Assembly: GCA_965202805.1 (NCBI GenBank)
Contig: OZ241869.1
Location: 3,200,001-3,264,000 of the forward strand
Source of the DNA: Longimicrobiales bacterium
GTDB lineage: Bacteria > Gemmatimonadota > Gemmatimonadetes > Longimicrobiales > Gaopeijiaceae
Direction of reading: 5' to 3'
DNA length: 64,000 nucleotides
Shown here: positions 28,508 to 39,721 of the stretch, in pieces
How positions within the stretch are numbered: position 1 is the first letter of the stretch
Layout of the letters: each line of letters opens with the position of its first letter
Made by a program: the position numbers and the translations under genes
Notes under the pieces: generated by a model
Seen by the model: only the letters and a program-made list of their open reading frames with translations
What the model was told of the DNA's origin: nothing
The model's database searches: none

Positions 28508-29638
28508 CTACAGCGGAGCCTCGTAGAGGCGGTAGGTGCGGTAGACCCTGCCCCCCATCCGTTCTATCGCGGCGTTCATTCGGTGGTTGCCCTCGAGGAT
28601 CCAGGACATGTCGGCCTCCCTCATCCCGGCCGCGCTGGCGTTTCGGAACAGCGCAAGGTAGAGGAGCGCATCGATGCCCTTGCCCCGCCACCCCTCGAGG
28701 AGCCCCAGCATGAGGACGCGCAGGCGGGTGATCCTGCGCTTGTGAACCAGCAGCCTGATGATTCCGAGCGGACTGAGCCGCCCGTTGAGCTTGTGCAGAA
28801 CCTGGTTGAAATCCGGAAAGGCGAGCGCGAGCCCGATCGCTTCCCCCGTGGGCGTTTCCGCGAACAGCACCAGGCTCGGATCGATGATCGGCTTCAACTC
28901 GGCGGCGATGTGGTCGATCTCGGCGTCCGTCATGGGAACGAACCCCCAGTTCTTCCTCCAGGCGGAATTGTAGAGTCGCCGAACGAGGGCGAGTTCCTCG
29001 TCGAACTTCGACATTTCCAATGTGCGGATGCGGATGCCGTAGCGGTGCGTCACGATCCTCTCGGCGCGAAACAGGTATTCGGGCCAGTTCCCCGCCACGA
29101 GGTGCCAGGCGTAGAGGTCCTTTACCTTGCGGAGCCCGCAGCCTTCGAGCAGGGCCGGATACCAGGGCGCGTTGTGGGCCAGAAGAAGCGCCGGCGGTTC
29201 CCGGTCTCCGTCGATGAGGAGGCCGGTGGTCTCGTTGGTGGAAAAGCTGGTCGGGCCGCGCATGGCCGTGAGGCCGCGATCCCGAAGCCACCCCCGAACG
29301 GCCTCGAACAGCCCCTCCGCCACCTCCGGGTCGTCGATGCACTCGAACCAGCCGAAGAAGCCGACCGCCTCCCGGTGCACCCGCTCGTGGTTCCGGTTGC
29401 GGATCGCGCAGATGCGCCCCACCACCTTGCCGCCGCGGAGCGCGAGCCAGGGCTGAACCTCGGAGTGCAGATGGAAGGGGTGTTTCGCCGTGTCGAAAGC
29501 GGCGCGGACATCCCGCTTCAGGGGCGGCACCCAGTCGGGGTCGTTGCGGTAGATCGACCACGGCAGGTTGATGAAGCGGCGAAGGTCGGCGCGGCTCCTC
29601 ACGGGCACGACGATGGGCGATGAAGCGGGATTCGTCAT
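28508..29638 (-). CDS. GNAT-family N-acetyltransferase (YghO-like)
   Basis: DPDWVPPL, GFFGWFEC, NWGFVPMT, RGKGID, SWILEGN. Confidence 0.85.
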   Translation of the reverse strand: MTNPASSPIVVPVRSRADLRRFINLPWSIYRNDPDWVPPLKRDVRAAFDTAKHPFHLHSEVQPWLALRGGKVVGRICAIRNRNHERVHREAVGFFGWFECIDDPEVAEGLFEAVRGWLRDRGLTAMRGPTSFSTNETTGLLIDGDREPPALLLAHNAPWYPALLEGCGLRKVKDLYAWHLVAGNWPEYLFRAERIVTHRYGIRIRTLEMSKFDEELALVRRLYNSAWRKNWGFVPMTDAEIDHIAAELKPIIDPSLVLFAETPTGEAIGLALAFPDFNQVLHKLNGRLSPLGIIRLLVHKRRITRLRVLMLGLLEGWRGKGIDALLYLALFRNASAAGMREADMSWILEGNHRMNAAIERMGGRVYRTYRLYEAPL

Positions 29639-29677
29639 AGTTGGCGTTCCAAACCGCTTAGCCAGCTGGCAACACGG

Positions 29678-30985
29678 CTACCGCTCCACCTGGTTGCCGG
29701 CGATCCAGACCGACTCTATGGCACGCATGTTCATGATGTCGGTGAGGGGGTCCTCCGCGACGACGATGAAGTCGGCCCACTTCCCGGGCTCAAGGGTGCC
29801 CACGTCGTCGAGCTCCAGGCAGGCGGCGGCGTCGCGGGTGGCGGTGGCCAGGATCTGGGCGGGAGTGAGTCCGGCGTTGGCCATGATCTCCATCTCCATG
29901 TGCTCGAAGAAGCCCTGGAAGCGCCCGACGGGACCGGTGTCGGTTCCGAAGGACAGCGTAACCCCCGCGTCCGCGGCCGCCTTCAGGTTGTCCAGCGCGA
30001 CCTCCAGCCCCTCCTCGTAGAGCGCCGCCGACCGGCTCTCGAGAACCGAGCGGCGGCGGTCCTCCTGATCCAGCCCGGCCACTTCCTCGGTGTTGGCGTG
30101 GCGCGTGAAGAAGTCGTCGAAGAAGAAATCGGGCTGCTCGCGGTAGATGAAGGTGGACACCTCGCGGGTGAGGGTGGGGCAGTAGCAGACGCCGGCCTCG
30201 GCGATGAGGTCGATGAATTCCTGGTCGATCGCCACGTCGCGCACGCTGTGGGCGAGGAAGTCCGCGCCCGAGCGCAACAGGTCCTTGGCGTCGTCCAGAT
30301 AGAAGAGGTGGGCCGCCAGGCCGACGCCCATCTCGTGGGCCGCATCGATGGCCGCGCGGTACGCCTCCGGAGGCATCTTGGTGGTGGTGCCCAGATTGTC
30401 GTCCACCCGCAGCTTGAGCCAGTTCGGGTCGAGGCGCGCGTTGTCGGCGACCTCGGCGCGCACTTCCTCGGCGGTGGATCCGGTGAGGACCGGCCCCGCC
30501 ATGAGCAGACGCGCGTGCGTGAGACCGGAGTCGTCGTTGTGGGCGTCGCGCACGCGCATGCTGGGCTCCGTGCCCCCGCCCAGGCTGTTCACGGTGGTGA
30601 CGCCGTAGGCCGCGTACAGTCCCAGCTCATTGCGGATGGCCTGGTCGGCGGCTTCTCCCTCCAGCCCGCCGGCCGTGCGGCCCACGTGGCCGTGCGTGTT
30701 GATAAGTCCGGGAACAACGTGCCGGCCGCTCAGGTCGACCTGTTCGACGCCTTCCGGGATCTCCACGCCGCCGGCCGGACCCACCGCCACGATGCGCCCG
30801 TCCCGCACCACCATCGCCGCGTTCTCGACCGGGTCGCCTCCGAGCCCGGTGATGAGACGCATGCCGGTGAAGGCGACCAGACGCTCGGGGGCCGGAGCGT
30901 CGGCCGTGGCGCAGCCGGCCGGGGCAAGGACGAGCAGCAGAGCGGCGATGCCGTGGTTCGAGCGATGCCGGGGATGATCGTACAT
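29678..30985 (-). CDS. Amidohydrolase family lipoprotein
   Basis: PGLINTHGH, YGVTTV, FGTD, GTLEPGKWADF; lipobox-like PAGC. Confidence 0.9.
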   Translation of the reverse strand: MYDHPRHRSNHGIAALLLVLAPAGCATADAPAPERLVAFTGMRLITGLGGDPVENAAMVVRDGRIVAVGPAGGVEIPEGVEQVDLSGRHVVPGLINTHGHVGRTAGGLEGEAADQAIRNELGLYAAYGVTTVNSLGGGTEPSMRVRDAHNDDSGLTHARLLMAGPVLTGSTAEEVRAEVADNARLDPNWLKLRVDDNLGTTTKMPPEAYRAAIDAAHEMGVGLAAHLFYLDDAKDLLRSGADFLAHSVRDVAIDQEFIDLIAEAGVCYCPTLTREVSTFIYREQPDFFFDDFFTRHANTEEVAGLDQEDRRRSVLESRSAALYEEGLEVALDNLKAAADAGVTLSFGTDTGPVGRFQGFFEHMEMEIMANAGLTPAQILATATRDAAACLELDDVGTLEPGKWADFIVVAEDPLTDIMNMRAIESVWIAGNQVER

Positions 30986-31189
30986 GCGAGACCGTCCTTG
31001 TACGGGGCGAAACTTCGAGCGGGGGTTGCGCGGCCAGCCTGAACGCGGTGACCCCCACCTCATCCAAGAGATTGGCCCGCCACACCCCGGTCAAGGATGC
31101 CCGCGCCGGACCCTGCCCGTCCCGGACTGCCATCCGGGCAGGAGCGGCTGGACGATGTCCCGATCGATCGGCGATGCGGGCGCGCCGGG

Positions 31190-32902
31190 TCAGGGATTCC
31201 CGCCGCCCGCGGCCATAAGGGGATCGGCCAGGCCGATGACGTGCACGGCGATCAGCCCCAGCACGCCGATGACGGTCAGGTAGTAGATGGTGGGCAGGAT
31301 GGTCTTGCGCAGCGTGACCCCCTCCTGACCGAGCAGGCCGACCGTGGCGGATGCGGCCACCACGTTGTGGATCGCGACCATGTTGCCCGCAGCCGCCCCC
31401 ACCGCCTGCAGCGCCACGATCATCGCGCTCGACACCGCCAGCCTCTCCGCCACGCCGTGCTGGAAGAGCGAGAACATGAGGTTGCTGACCGTGTTCGAGC
31501 CCGCGATGAAGGCCCCCAGCGCCCCGGTGACGCCGGCGAACAGCGGCCACACCTGACCCACGTTGTCCGCAACCCAGGCGGCCATGGCGATGGGCATGCT
31601 GACCAGATCGGCCGCGTTCACGCCCGACTGGATGTAGATGCGCACCATCGGCACGGTGAAGATGAGCACGAAACCGGCCCCCAGGAGCACCCGCGACGAC
31701 TTGGTGAACGCCCGCTGCAACTCGGGGAACTTCATGCGGTGCAGGAAGAAGGTCACGGCGACCACCGCGATCAGGATGGTTCCGGGGAGGTAGAGAGGGG
31801 TGGTGGTGGCGGTGATGTCGGTACCGAAAACGTTCGCCCAGGTGAGGGCGGGGGCGCGCAGCCAGTCCTGCACCGGCAGCCCCGACAGCCGGCTGAGCAC
31901 CAGGAGCACCGCCAGCAGCGCGTACGGAGCCCAGGCCATCCCCACGGAGACCCGATCGTCGTCATCGTCCAGGTCCTGTCGGGCTTCCAGTCCGCTGGCC
32001 CAGCCCTGCCCCCAGCGGCTGCGCTCCGGGAAATCCCAGGTATCCTCCGGAATCAGGAAGCCTCTGCGCGCCGCGAAGATCACGATCGCTAGCCCCACCG
32101 GGGCGCCGAGCAGCGCGGGAAACTCGGGTCCCAGCAGCCAGCCCGTGAACATGTAGGGGACGGTGAACGCCACCCCGGCGAAGAGGGCGAAGGGGAAGAT
32201 CGACAGACCTTCCGTCCACGACCGGTTGGCGCCGAAGAAACGGGTGGTCATCACGATCATGAAGGTGGGCATCAGGGTGCCCGCGATCGCGTGCAGGACC
32301 ACGACCCGGTCGGTAACCAGCCGCAGGAAGTCGTCCATGGTGATGCCGGCCGCGAGGAGCTGGGCGTCGAAGGCCTCGCCCCCCAGGCCGCCCTGCACCC
32401 CTACCAGCACGGGCGTGCCCACCGCGCCGAAGGTCACCGCGGTGCTCTGGATCATCATGCCGATCATCACCGCCCCGGCGGCCGGGAAGCCCATCGCCAC
32501 CATGAGCGGCGCGGCCACCGCAGCCGGCGTGCCGAATCCCGCCGCTCCCTCGATGAAGGATCCGAACAGCCAGGCGATGATGATGATCTGGACCCGGCGG
32601 TCCTCGCTGATGCTGCGGAAGCTGCGCCGGATGGCGGAGACGCCCCCGGACTGCTCCAGCGTATTGAGCAGCAGAATCGCGCCGAAAATGATGACCAGCA
32701 GATCGAAGGTCAGGAACAGTCCCTGGACCGAAGACGCGGCGACACGCACCGGGGCCACCTGCCACGCCGTCAGCGCCACCAGGACGGCCGAGACGTAGGC
32801 GATGGGCATCGCGAACTTCGCCGGCACGCGGAATCCGACGAGCAGGGTCCCCCCGATGAGAATGGGGAGGAGCGCGAGCGCGGCTTGAACGCCTGGGGAC
32901 AT
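31190..32902 (-). CDS. lctP: L-lactate permease
   Basis: [37 protein letters not shown]. Confidence 0.9.
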   Translation of the reverse strand: MSPGVQAALALLPILIGGTLLVGFRVPAKFAMPIAYVSAVLVALTAWQVAPVRVAASSVQGLFLTFDLLVIIFGAILLLNTLEQSGGVSAIRRSFRSISEDRRVQIIIIAWLFGSFIEGAAGFGTPAAVAAPLMVAMGFPAAGAVMIGMMIQSTAVTFGAVGTPVLVGVQGGLGGEAFDAQLLAAGITMDDFLRLVTDRVVVLHAIAGTLMPTFMIVMTTRFFGANRSWTEGLSIFPFALFAGVAFTVPYMFTGWLLGPEFPALLGAPVGLAIVIFAARRGFLIPEDTWDFPERSRWGQGWASGLEARQDLDDDDDRVSVGMAWAPYALLAVLLVLSRLSGLPVQDWLRAPALTWANVFGTDITATTTPLYLPGTILIAVVAVTFFLHRMKFPELQRAFTKSSRVLLGAGFVLIFTVPMVRIYIQSGVNAADLVSMPIAMAAWVADNVGQVWPLFAGVTGALGAFIAGSNTVSNLMFSLFQHGVAERLAVSSAMIVALQAVGAAAGNMVAIHNVVAASATVGLLGQEGVTLRKTILPTIYYLTVIGVLGLIAVHVIGLADPLMAAGGGNP

Positions 32903-33095
32903 GGGGGCCTCCGGGTTGAATCGCCTGACGGGACCGCGCGAATGTGGGTCGCCGCCTCCCGTGCGGGCAAGCGGAACAGCCATGCGACGCAGGACACGGT
33001 TTACGTTATCGTTCCCCGGCAAGCGGATGCAGGAGACGAGAATCCGGAGAGTGCACTTGAGGGGGCTTGATTCGCCGAGCGGGGTCGCAGGTTCG

Positions 33096-34499
33096 ATGGC
33101 GGCCAGGTTCCCGCCGACTCGTCGCCCGGGACGCTGGCGCGGGCTGCGGGCGCTGCTGGTGCTCACGACCCTGGCAGCGTGCGAGCGGACGAGCGATCCG
33201 GTCGAGCCCGACTCCGGGTCCCCGGCGGTCGCCATCACCGTCGTGTCCGGCGAAGGTCAGCCGGCCCTGATCGGGACCCGACTCGAAGAGCCGATCGTGT
33301 TCCGCGCGCTCGATGCGGCAGGGCTCCCCGTTCCCGGCGTCTCCGTCGACTTCGTGACGACCCCGGGGAGCGGGCGGGTGGAGCCGGGCCGCGCCGCCAC
33401 CGACCAGAACGGCGACGCGTCGATCACCTGGACGATCGGACCCGATCCCGGAGTCCAGACGGTGCTGGTCGCGGCGGGCCTGGCCGCCACGGCGATCAAC
33501 GCCAACGCGATCGACCTGGAGGCGGAACTCGAGGTCCTTTTCGCGCCGCCCACCGCGGCGGAGCTCGCGGCCGTGCGCGCCGACTGGGCGGGCCGCGACA
33601 CTTCGCCCGCCGGCCTGACCATCGAGTCGACCGAGCCCTATTCGCTCTTTGGCTCCCCGGCGACGCTGCGCGTGGTGTCTCACCTCGTCGGCGAGGTGCG
33701 GCACTACGGGGCGGTCGTCGCCCCGAAATCGTCCCGGGCGGCCAGCCTGCCGGTCCTGATGTACCTGCACGGAGGCGACCACGGCGTTGACCTGGACGAT
33801 GTCCAGTTCCTCGCCTTCGCGCTCGGAGAGCTGCGCGACAGCTTCGTGTACGTGGTTCCGTCGTTCCGCAGCGAACCCCTCAGGCACGGAGACCGGGAGT
33901 GGGTGTCGACCGGTCCGGGCGGGCACTGGGACTACGACGTGGACGATGCCCTGGGGCTGCTGAACGTCGCGCTGGCGCTGACGCCGCAGGCAAGATCCGA
34001 AGGTCTCAGCCTCGTGGGAGTCAGCCGGGGCGGAGGCGTTGCCCTGCTGGCCGGAATTCGGGACGAACGCGTCGAGAACATCATCACCCTGTTCGGTCCC
34101 ACCGATTTCTTCGACGAATGGGTGCGGGAGATCGTGCGCGAGGTGGCGCTGGGAATGCCGCGCCAACTCCCCGGAGTCGCGCACATGGATTCCACACTCG
34201 TCCAGCCGTATATGGGAGGCACGATCGAAATTGCGAGAGCTCGCCTCGAGCTGGTTCGCCGCTCCGCCGTGCTGTTCGCCGAGGACCTGCCCGCCGTCCA
34301 GCTGCACCACGGAACCATCGACCAGGCCGTCTCCGTCAGCCAGGCGCATTCCATGATCCGGGTCATGGAGACGCTTGGGCGGGAGCCGCCGGAATTCGAG
34401 GCGTTCATCTACGAGGGTGCGGGACACGACCTCTTCGACCTGAGCGGTGTCATCCCGCGCTCGGCCAGGTTCCTGCGGCGGGCGCTGGAAGGGGGCTGA
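33096..34499 (+). CDS. Lipoprotein with Ig-like domain and alpha/beta hydrolase (S9-like) domain
   Basis: Lipobox LAAC; VSGEGQ...TDQNGDA Big_1-like unit; [22 protein letters not shown]. Confidence 0.8.
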   Translation: MAARFPPTRRPGRWRGLRALLVLTTLAACERTSDPVEPDSGSPAVAITVVSGEGQPALIGTRLEEPIVFRALDAAGLPVPGVSVDFVTTPGSGRVEPGRAATDQNGDASITWTIGPDPGVQTVLVAAGLAATAINANAIDLEAELEVLFAPPTAAELAAVRADWAGRDTSPAGLTIESTEPYSLFGSPATLRVVSHLVGEVRHYGAVVAPKSSRAASLPVLMYLHGGDHGVDLDDVQFLAFALGELRDSFVYVVPSFRSEPLRHGDREWVSTGPGGHWDYDVDDALGLLNVALALTPQARSEGLSLVGVSRGGGVALLAGIRDERVENIITLFGPTDFFDEWVREIVREVALGMPRQLPGVAHMDSTLVQPYMGGTIEIARARLELVRRSAVLFAEDLPAVQLHHGTIDQAVSVSQAHSMIRVMETLGREPPEFEAFIYEGAGHDLFDLSGVIPRSARFLRRALEGG

Positions 34500-34505
34500 G
34501 GCGCC

Positions 34506-37500
34506 ATGCGAGTGCGGCCCGACTTCACGACCGCAGAGGCGGAGGTGCTGGCGAGGGACCACTATGGCATCCAGGGTCGCGCCAGGGAACTCCCGGGCGA
34601 GCGGGACCGAAACTTCCAGCTCCGCGTGACAGGGGACGGGCGAGGTGCTGGGCGCGAGCGCAGCGACGGAGCGCAGGACGCCGGAGCGGAGCGCGCCGGC
34701 GAGGCCTTCGTTCTCAAGATCGGCCACCCCGCGGAACCCGACGGATCGCTCGCGATGCAGAACGCGATCCTGGCTCGGCTCGCCCCCGTTCGACCGGATC
34801 CGGACGGCGGTCGGCGCGCGCTTTTTCCACGTGTCGTACCAGACCTCGGAAGTTCCTCCCTCGCGGTGGTCGAAAAGGAGGGCGTCCGCTACCCGCTGCG
34901 CCTGGTCACCTGGCTGCCCGGGGTGCCGGTTGCCCGGGTGCGCCCCCAGCGGCCGGAGCTGCTGCGCTCCTGGGGGCGTGTGCTGGCCCACCTGGACGCC
35001 GGGCTTGCCGATTTCGACCATCCCGCGGCGGAGCGCGGCTTCCACTGGGACCTGCGAACCGCGTCCTCCATCTTCGAGGAGCGGGTGGGGAGCGTGAAGG
35101 GGAAGGACCGGCGGGCGCTGCTTCGGCACCGGATGGCGGACTGCGCGGAGAGGCTGGCGCCCCTGATCGCGGGCTTGCGCACCCAGGTGGTGCACGGGGA
35201 CGCCAACGACTACAACGTGCTGGCCAACCGGGTCGAGGACACGCCGCCGGGGGGCCGCTACGGCGACCGGCGCGTCACCGGCATCATCGACTTCGGCGAC
35301 GCCATGCGCACCTGGCTGGCTTCAGAGCCGGCAGTCGCGGGCGCCTATGCGATGCTCTCCAAGCGCGATCCCGCGGGGGCCCTGGCGCAACTGGTGAGCG
35401 GCTTCCACGAGGTGTATCCGCTTCTGGAGGAGGAAATCGCCGCCGTCTTCCCGCTCACGGGGATGCGCCTTTGCCTGAGCGCGACCATGGCTGCCTGGCA
35501 GCGGGCCCGGGAGCCGGACAACGAGTATCTGAGCATCAGCGAGACGCATGTCTGGGAGCTGCTGGAGCGTCTTGAGCGGGGAGAGGAGTTCCACCCGGAC
35601 TTCGTGCACTATCGATTGCGCGAAGCCTGCGGCATGGAGCCGAACCCGCGCGCGGCGGCCCTGCGCGCCTGGCTGAGCCGCCAACGCGACGAGGGCCGTT
35701 TCGCCCCGGTGCTGTCGCGAGAGCTGGCCGAGGGTCCGCGCACCGTCTTCGATCTGAGCGTCGGGAGCCCGTGGCTCGGAACCACGGGCGATCTGGACGC
35801 GCGCGGCTGGACCGACCTGCTCTTCGGTCACATGCGGGCGAACGCTGCCGCGGTCGGGGTGGGCCGGTACGACGAGGCGCGCCGCTGGTACGACTCCGAC
35901 GCGTTCGCCACCCAGGGCGAGGACGGCCTCGAGCGGCGAACCGTCCACGTGGGCATCGACCTGTTCGCGGAACCCGGCACGCCCGTGCATGCGCCCTTCG
36001 CCGCGACCGTGCACAGCTTCCGCGACAACGGCGCGCGGCTCGACTACGGGCCGACCATCGTGCTGCGCCACGAGGCGGGAGGACCGGGCGGGGACGGCAC
36101 GCGTGAGGCGCCAGGTGACGGCGGCGCGCACGCGGCCGGGGAGGATGCCGGCTCCGACGACGCCAACGAGTGGTACACCCTTTACGGGCACCTTTCGCGT
36201 GACTCGCTGGCGGGGCTCCGCCCGGGACAGCAGATCGCCGCCGGAGCGGAGATCGGCAGGATCGGGCCGTATCCGGAGAACGGGGACTGGGCTCCGCATC
36301 TTCATTTCCAGCTGATGACGGACCTGCTGGGCCGCGAGGGCGACTTCCCGGGCGTGGCGCCGCCCAGCCAGCGCGAGGTGTGGCTCAGCCTCTCACCGGA
36401 TCCGAACCTGGTGCTCGGGATCCCGGATCTGGCTCCAGCGGGGAGGAATGCGGCCTCGGAGCTCCTGGGTGCGCGCCGGAGGCTCCTCGGTCCGTCGCTC
36501 TCAATCTCCTACCGGCGTCCGCTGGAGATGGTGCGCGGCCGCGGCGCCTGGCTGTACGACGACGGGGGCCAGCCCTACCTGGACTGCGTCAACAACGTCG
36601 CGCAGGTGGGCCACGCACACCCGCGCGTGGTGCGGGCCGGCCTCGAACAGATGACGGTGCTGAACACCAACACCCGCTACCTGCACGACAGCCTCACCCG
36701 GTACGCCCGGCGTCTCGCGGCCACGCTGCCGGACCCGCTCGGCGTCTGCTTCTTCGTGTGTACCGGGAGCGAGGCCAACGAGCTGGCGCTGCGCATGGCG
36801 CGCACCCACACCGGGCGCGAGGGCATGGTCGTGCTGGAAGGCGGGTATCACGGCAACACCAGCTCGCTGGTGCAGCTCAGCTCGTACAAGTTCGATGGTC
36901 CCGGGGGCACGGGCCCCCCGCCGTGGGTGGCGTGCGTCCCCATGCCGGACGGCTACCGCGGCCGCTACCGGTCCTCCGATCCCGACTGCGGCGCGCGCTA
37001 TGCCCGGGAGGTCGGCCGCGCCGTCGATGCGCTCGGGGGACGGCCCGCCGGCTTCCTCTTCGAGTCGATCCTGAGCTGCGGGGGGCAGATCCCGCTTCCC
37101 GAAGGCTTCCTTGCGGACGCGTTCGAGCGCGTGCATGCGGCCGGCGGGGTGTGCATCGCCGACGAGGTGCAGGTGGGGTTCGGGCGTGCCGGCTCTTCCT
37201 TCTGGGCCTTCGAGGACCACGGGGTGGTGCCGGACATCGTCACCATGGGCAAGCCCATCGGCAACGGTCATCCCCTCGCGGCCGTGGTCACCACCCCGGA
37301 GATCGCCGACTCCTTCAACAACGGGATGGAGTACTTCAACACCTTCGGCGGCAACCCGGTGTCCTGCCGCATCGGCCTGGCGGTGCTGGACGTGATCGAA
37401 GAGGAGGGGCTGCAGGACCATGCCCGCCGCGTCGGTGAGCGGCTGCTCGCGGGATTGAAGCGCCTCGTGGAGCGCCACGCAATCGTCGGGGATGCACGCG

Positions 37501-37739
37501 GGACCGGCCTCTTTCAGGGGATCGAGCTGGTGACGGACCGCGCCTCGCTCGACCCCGCGCCGCGCCACGCGACCTGCCTGGTGGAGCGCATGCGCGACCG
37601 CGGCATCCTGCTCAGCACGGACGGCCCCCTCCACAACGTGGTGAAGATCAAGCCGCCGCTGGTCTTCGACGAAGACGACGCCGACCGGCTGGTGAGCAAC
37701 CTAGACGAGGTGTTGGCGGAGGACGCGCTGCGCCTGTAG
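34506..37739 (+). CDS. Fusion of APH-type kinase, M23 peptidase-like domain and class III aminotransferase/phospho-lyase
   Basis: [21 protein letters not shown] (kinase); HVGIDLF, YGHL, PHLHFQ (M23); [29 protein letters not shown] (class III PLP). Confidence 0.9.
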   Translation: MRVRPDFTTAEAEVLARDHYGIQGRARELPGERDRNFQLRVTGDGRGAGRERSDGAQDAGAERAGEAFVLKIGHPAEPDGSLAMQNAILARLAPVRPDPDGGRRALFPRVVPDLGSSSLAVVEKEGVRYPLRLVTWLPGVPVARVRPQRPELLRSWGRVLAHLDAGLADFDHPAAERGFHWDLRTASSIFEERVGSVKGKDRRALLRHRMADCAERLAPLIAGLRTQVVHGDANDYNVLANRVEDTPPGGRYGDRRVTGIIDFGDAMRTWLASEPAVAGAYAMLSKRDPAGALAQLVSGFHEVYPLLEEEIAAVFPLTGMRLCLSATMAAWQRAREPDNEYLSISETHVWELLERLERGEEFHPDFVHYRLREACGMEPNPRAAALRAWLSRQRDEGRFAPVLSRELAEGPRTVFDLSVGSPWLGTTGDLDARGWTDLLFGHMRANAAAVGVGRYDEARRWYDSDAFATQGEDGLERRTVHVGIDLFAEPGTPVHAPFAATVHSFRDNGARLDYGPTIVLRHEAGGPGGDGTREAPGDGGAHAAGEDAGSDDANEWYTLYGHLSRDSLAGLRPGQQIAAGAEIGRIGPYPENGDWAPHLHFQLMTDLLGREGDFPGVAPPSQREVWLSLSPDPNLVLGIPDLAPAGRNAASELLGARRRLLGPSLSISYRRPLEMVRGRGAWLYDDGGQPYLDCVNNVAQVGHAHPRVVRAGLEQMTVLNTNTRYLHDSLTRYARRLAATLPDPLGVCFFVCTGSEANELALRMARTHTGREGMVVLEGGYHGNTSSLVQLSSYKFDGPGGTGPPPWVACVPMPDGYRGRYRSSDPDCGARYAREVGRAVDALGGRPAGFLFESILSCGGQIPLPEGFLADAFERVHAAGGVCIADEVQVGFGRAGSSFWAFEDHGVVPDIVTMGKPIGNGHPLAAVVTTPEIADSFNNGMEYFNTFGGNPVSCRIGLAVLDVIEEEGLQDHARRVGERLLAGLKRLVERHAIVGDARGTGLFQGIELVTDRASLDPAPRHATCLVERMRDRGILLSTDGPLHNVVKIKPPLVFDEDDADRLVSNLDEVLAEDALRL

Positions 37740-37830
37740 CGGGCTCCGGTCGAGTCGAGGCTGTCCAACTCAGGGGGCGAAGATCGAACGGTTGCCCGCG
37801 CGCGATACAGACTAGACTAAGTACACTAAG

Positions 37831-38694
37831 CTAAGTCTGCGCCTGGCCCGTTCCCGCGGCCCGCGAACCCTCCCACACCTTGGCGAGCGTGTGGAACTCT
37901 CCGTTCTCGCCAAAGCGGTCCACCCCGTCGGGAAGCCGCATCATCGCCTTGCGGTCGAAGCGCTGGCCGGGGACGAGCGCGCCGAGCGCCGCGTCGGTGA
38001 CGGCGGACACCTCGCAGACGATGCCGCTGGCCTCCAGGTCCGTCATCAGCTCCTCGCAGGGCACCTGCCAGATGGGGAAATGGAGCGTTGCGCCGCGGCT
38101 GGCCGCGAGCTCCCGGAACGCTCCGGTCCGCCACTCGCGGATGTGCTCGAGGTGCAGATCGCCGAACACGAAGCGGGCGACCGCGGGGATAAGCCCAACG
38201 GCTTCGGCGATGCGCGCCTCGTAGGCGAGGCCGGGATGGAGGGGGACGCCCAGCAGCGGCAGCTCCAGATGTTCGGCCTGGCGGATCACCAACTCCACCC
38301 GCAGCTCCTGGTGGGCGATCGTCCGGCTGGCCGCGTCGAAGGTCGTCAGCAGGACCACGGGCCGAGCCTGCTCGCGCAGCAGGGCCCGGTAGGCGAGGAA
38401 GCTGTCCTTGCCGCCGCTCCAGAAGAGTACGTCCGCGGGCTCGGGCTCCGGGCGGAGCCGCGTCAGCCACTGCGGAGGCGCCACCTTCGAGGCGGAGTCC
38501 CCGGGATCCACCCTCTCGACCTCGTAGGGGCAGTGCCTGCAGCCGCTGCAGCAGCAACTCCCCCGCTGGCGCAGACCGAACTCGGTGAAGACGGCCAGCC
38601 CGGTCACGGGGTCGAGGTAGAAGGTCTCGCGGTTGCGCGAGGCTTCGTCGTGAAGGCGGCGCCAGTCGGCTGTTCGGGGGCGCACGGTGGCCAT
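37831..38694 (-). CDS. DUF5522-like Cys-rich domain fused to a Dph6/diphthamide-synthase-like PP-loop ATPase
   Basis: YLDPVTG..VFT....RGSCCCSGCRHCPY followed by WSGGKDS, FGDLHL and GENGEFHT. Confidence 0.8.
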   Translation of the reverse strand: MATVRPRTADWRRLHDEASRNRETFYLDPVTGLAVFTEFGLRQRGSCCCSGCRHCPYEVERVDPGDSASKVAPPQWLTRLRPEPEPADVLFWSGGKDSFLAYRALLREQARPVVLLTTFDAASRTIAHQELRVELVIRQAEHLELPLLGVPLHPGLAYEARIAEAVGLIPAVARFVFGDLHLEHIREWRTGAFRELAASRGATLHFPIWQVPCEELMTDLEASGIVCEVSAVTDAALGALVPGQRFDRKAMMRLPDGVDRFGENGEFHTLAKVWEGSRAAGTGQAQT

Positions 38695-38879
38695 CGGAGG
38701 AATGGGGCCCGGGGGGACGATCTGCTGCGTGATCCCTGCGTCAGCGCCGGAATCCACTGCCTGAGCCCGGGAATATGATGGAGCCCCGGACGGGCGTCCA
38801 CTGGCCAATGCGGGCGGCAGGCGCGATCATGGGCACGCGGCAACACCTCTGCAAACGGCGAAAGGACGAGACCCCGAAG

Positions 38880-39272
38880 ATGAACGTGTTCCCCCTCGAG
38901 ACCCTGGACCGCGAGGCCTCCGACCCGGTCAACTTCACCGGCCCCGGGAGCCTGCGCCGCATCGAAGGCGCCCTCCCCGCCGATCCCCGGGTCAACGTCT
39001 ACCGCGTGCATTTCGAGGCCCGCTCGCGCACCAACTGGCACACGCACAGCGGCCATCAGATGCTCTTCGTCGTGGAGGGCCGCTGCCGCTACCAGAAGGA
39101 AGGGGAAGCCGTCGGGGAAGCCGGACCGGGAGACCTCATCGTGGTGGAGCCGGGCGAGAACCACTGGCACGGCGCCGCTCCCGGCGGAGCGATGACGCAC
39201 ATCGCGCTCAACGTGAACGCGGTGACCAGCTGGGGGGACCCGGTGAGCGAGGACGAATACGATGCAGGGTAG
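38880..39272 (+). CDS. Cupin domain protein
   Basis: RTNWHTH..GHQML, PGENHWHGA, MTHIA. Confidence 0.88.
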   Translation: MNVFPLETLDREASDPVNFTGPGSLRRIEGALPADPRVNVYRVHFEARSRTNWHTHSGHQMLFVVEGRCRYQKEGEAVGEAGPGDLIVVEPGENHWHGAAPGGAMTHIALNVNAVTSWGDPVSEDEYDAG

Positions 39273-39282
39273 GGAGGGTAGG

Positions 39283-39570
39283 ATGGTCCGGATCCAGAGG
39301 GCCTTCCGGCGTCTGAGGAGAGGCCTGCGCGAGGCGCGCGAGATCTACGAGGGCATCTACTTTGCCCCCTACCGCTCCCAGATCTATCGAGCATACCGTG
39401 AGGAGCGGGACACCTTCCTGCTGCTGGGGTTCGCGGATCTGCTGGGAGCCCCGAACCCGGTCGCCTTCTATGCCCTCGAGATCTATCCCGACGTGATCGA
39501 GGAATTCCATCAGTGGCACGTGCGCATCGGCATGCCCAGCTCTCCGGATGGTGGCTTCAGATGCTGCTGA
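39283..39570 (+). CDS. cory-CC-star-like small protein
   Basis: GGGAGG RBS; LLGAPNP..FY.LE.YP....EFHQWH.R.GM, ending GFRCC-stop; adjacent to the ArsA gene. Confidence 0.8.
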   Translation: MVRIQRAFRRLRRGLREAREIYEGIYFAPYRSQIYRAYREERDTFLLLGFADLLGAPNPVAFYALEIYPDVIEEFHQWHVRIGMPSSPDGGFRCC

Positions 39571-39721
39571 GACCGGGCGCGGGGATACCGCCGGGATCGC
39601 GCACGGCGTCCAACGCCAGCCGTCTCGGCGTTCGGGTCGCGGTGCGCGTCCGGCCCGGGCAGGACCGGGCTTCCGGCCGTGACGGAGACAGGCCCGTGGC
39701 GCGGGCGTTCGATCCGAGTCC

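Noticed and set aside
37806..37836. Short actag/actaag/ctaag repeats between convergent genes
   Set aside because: Too short and irregular to assign a function.
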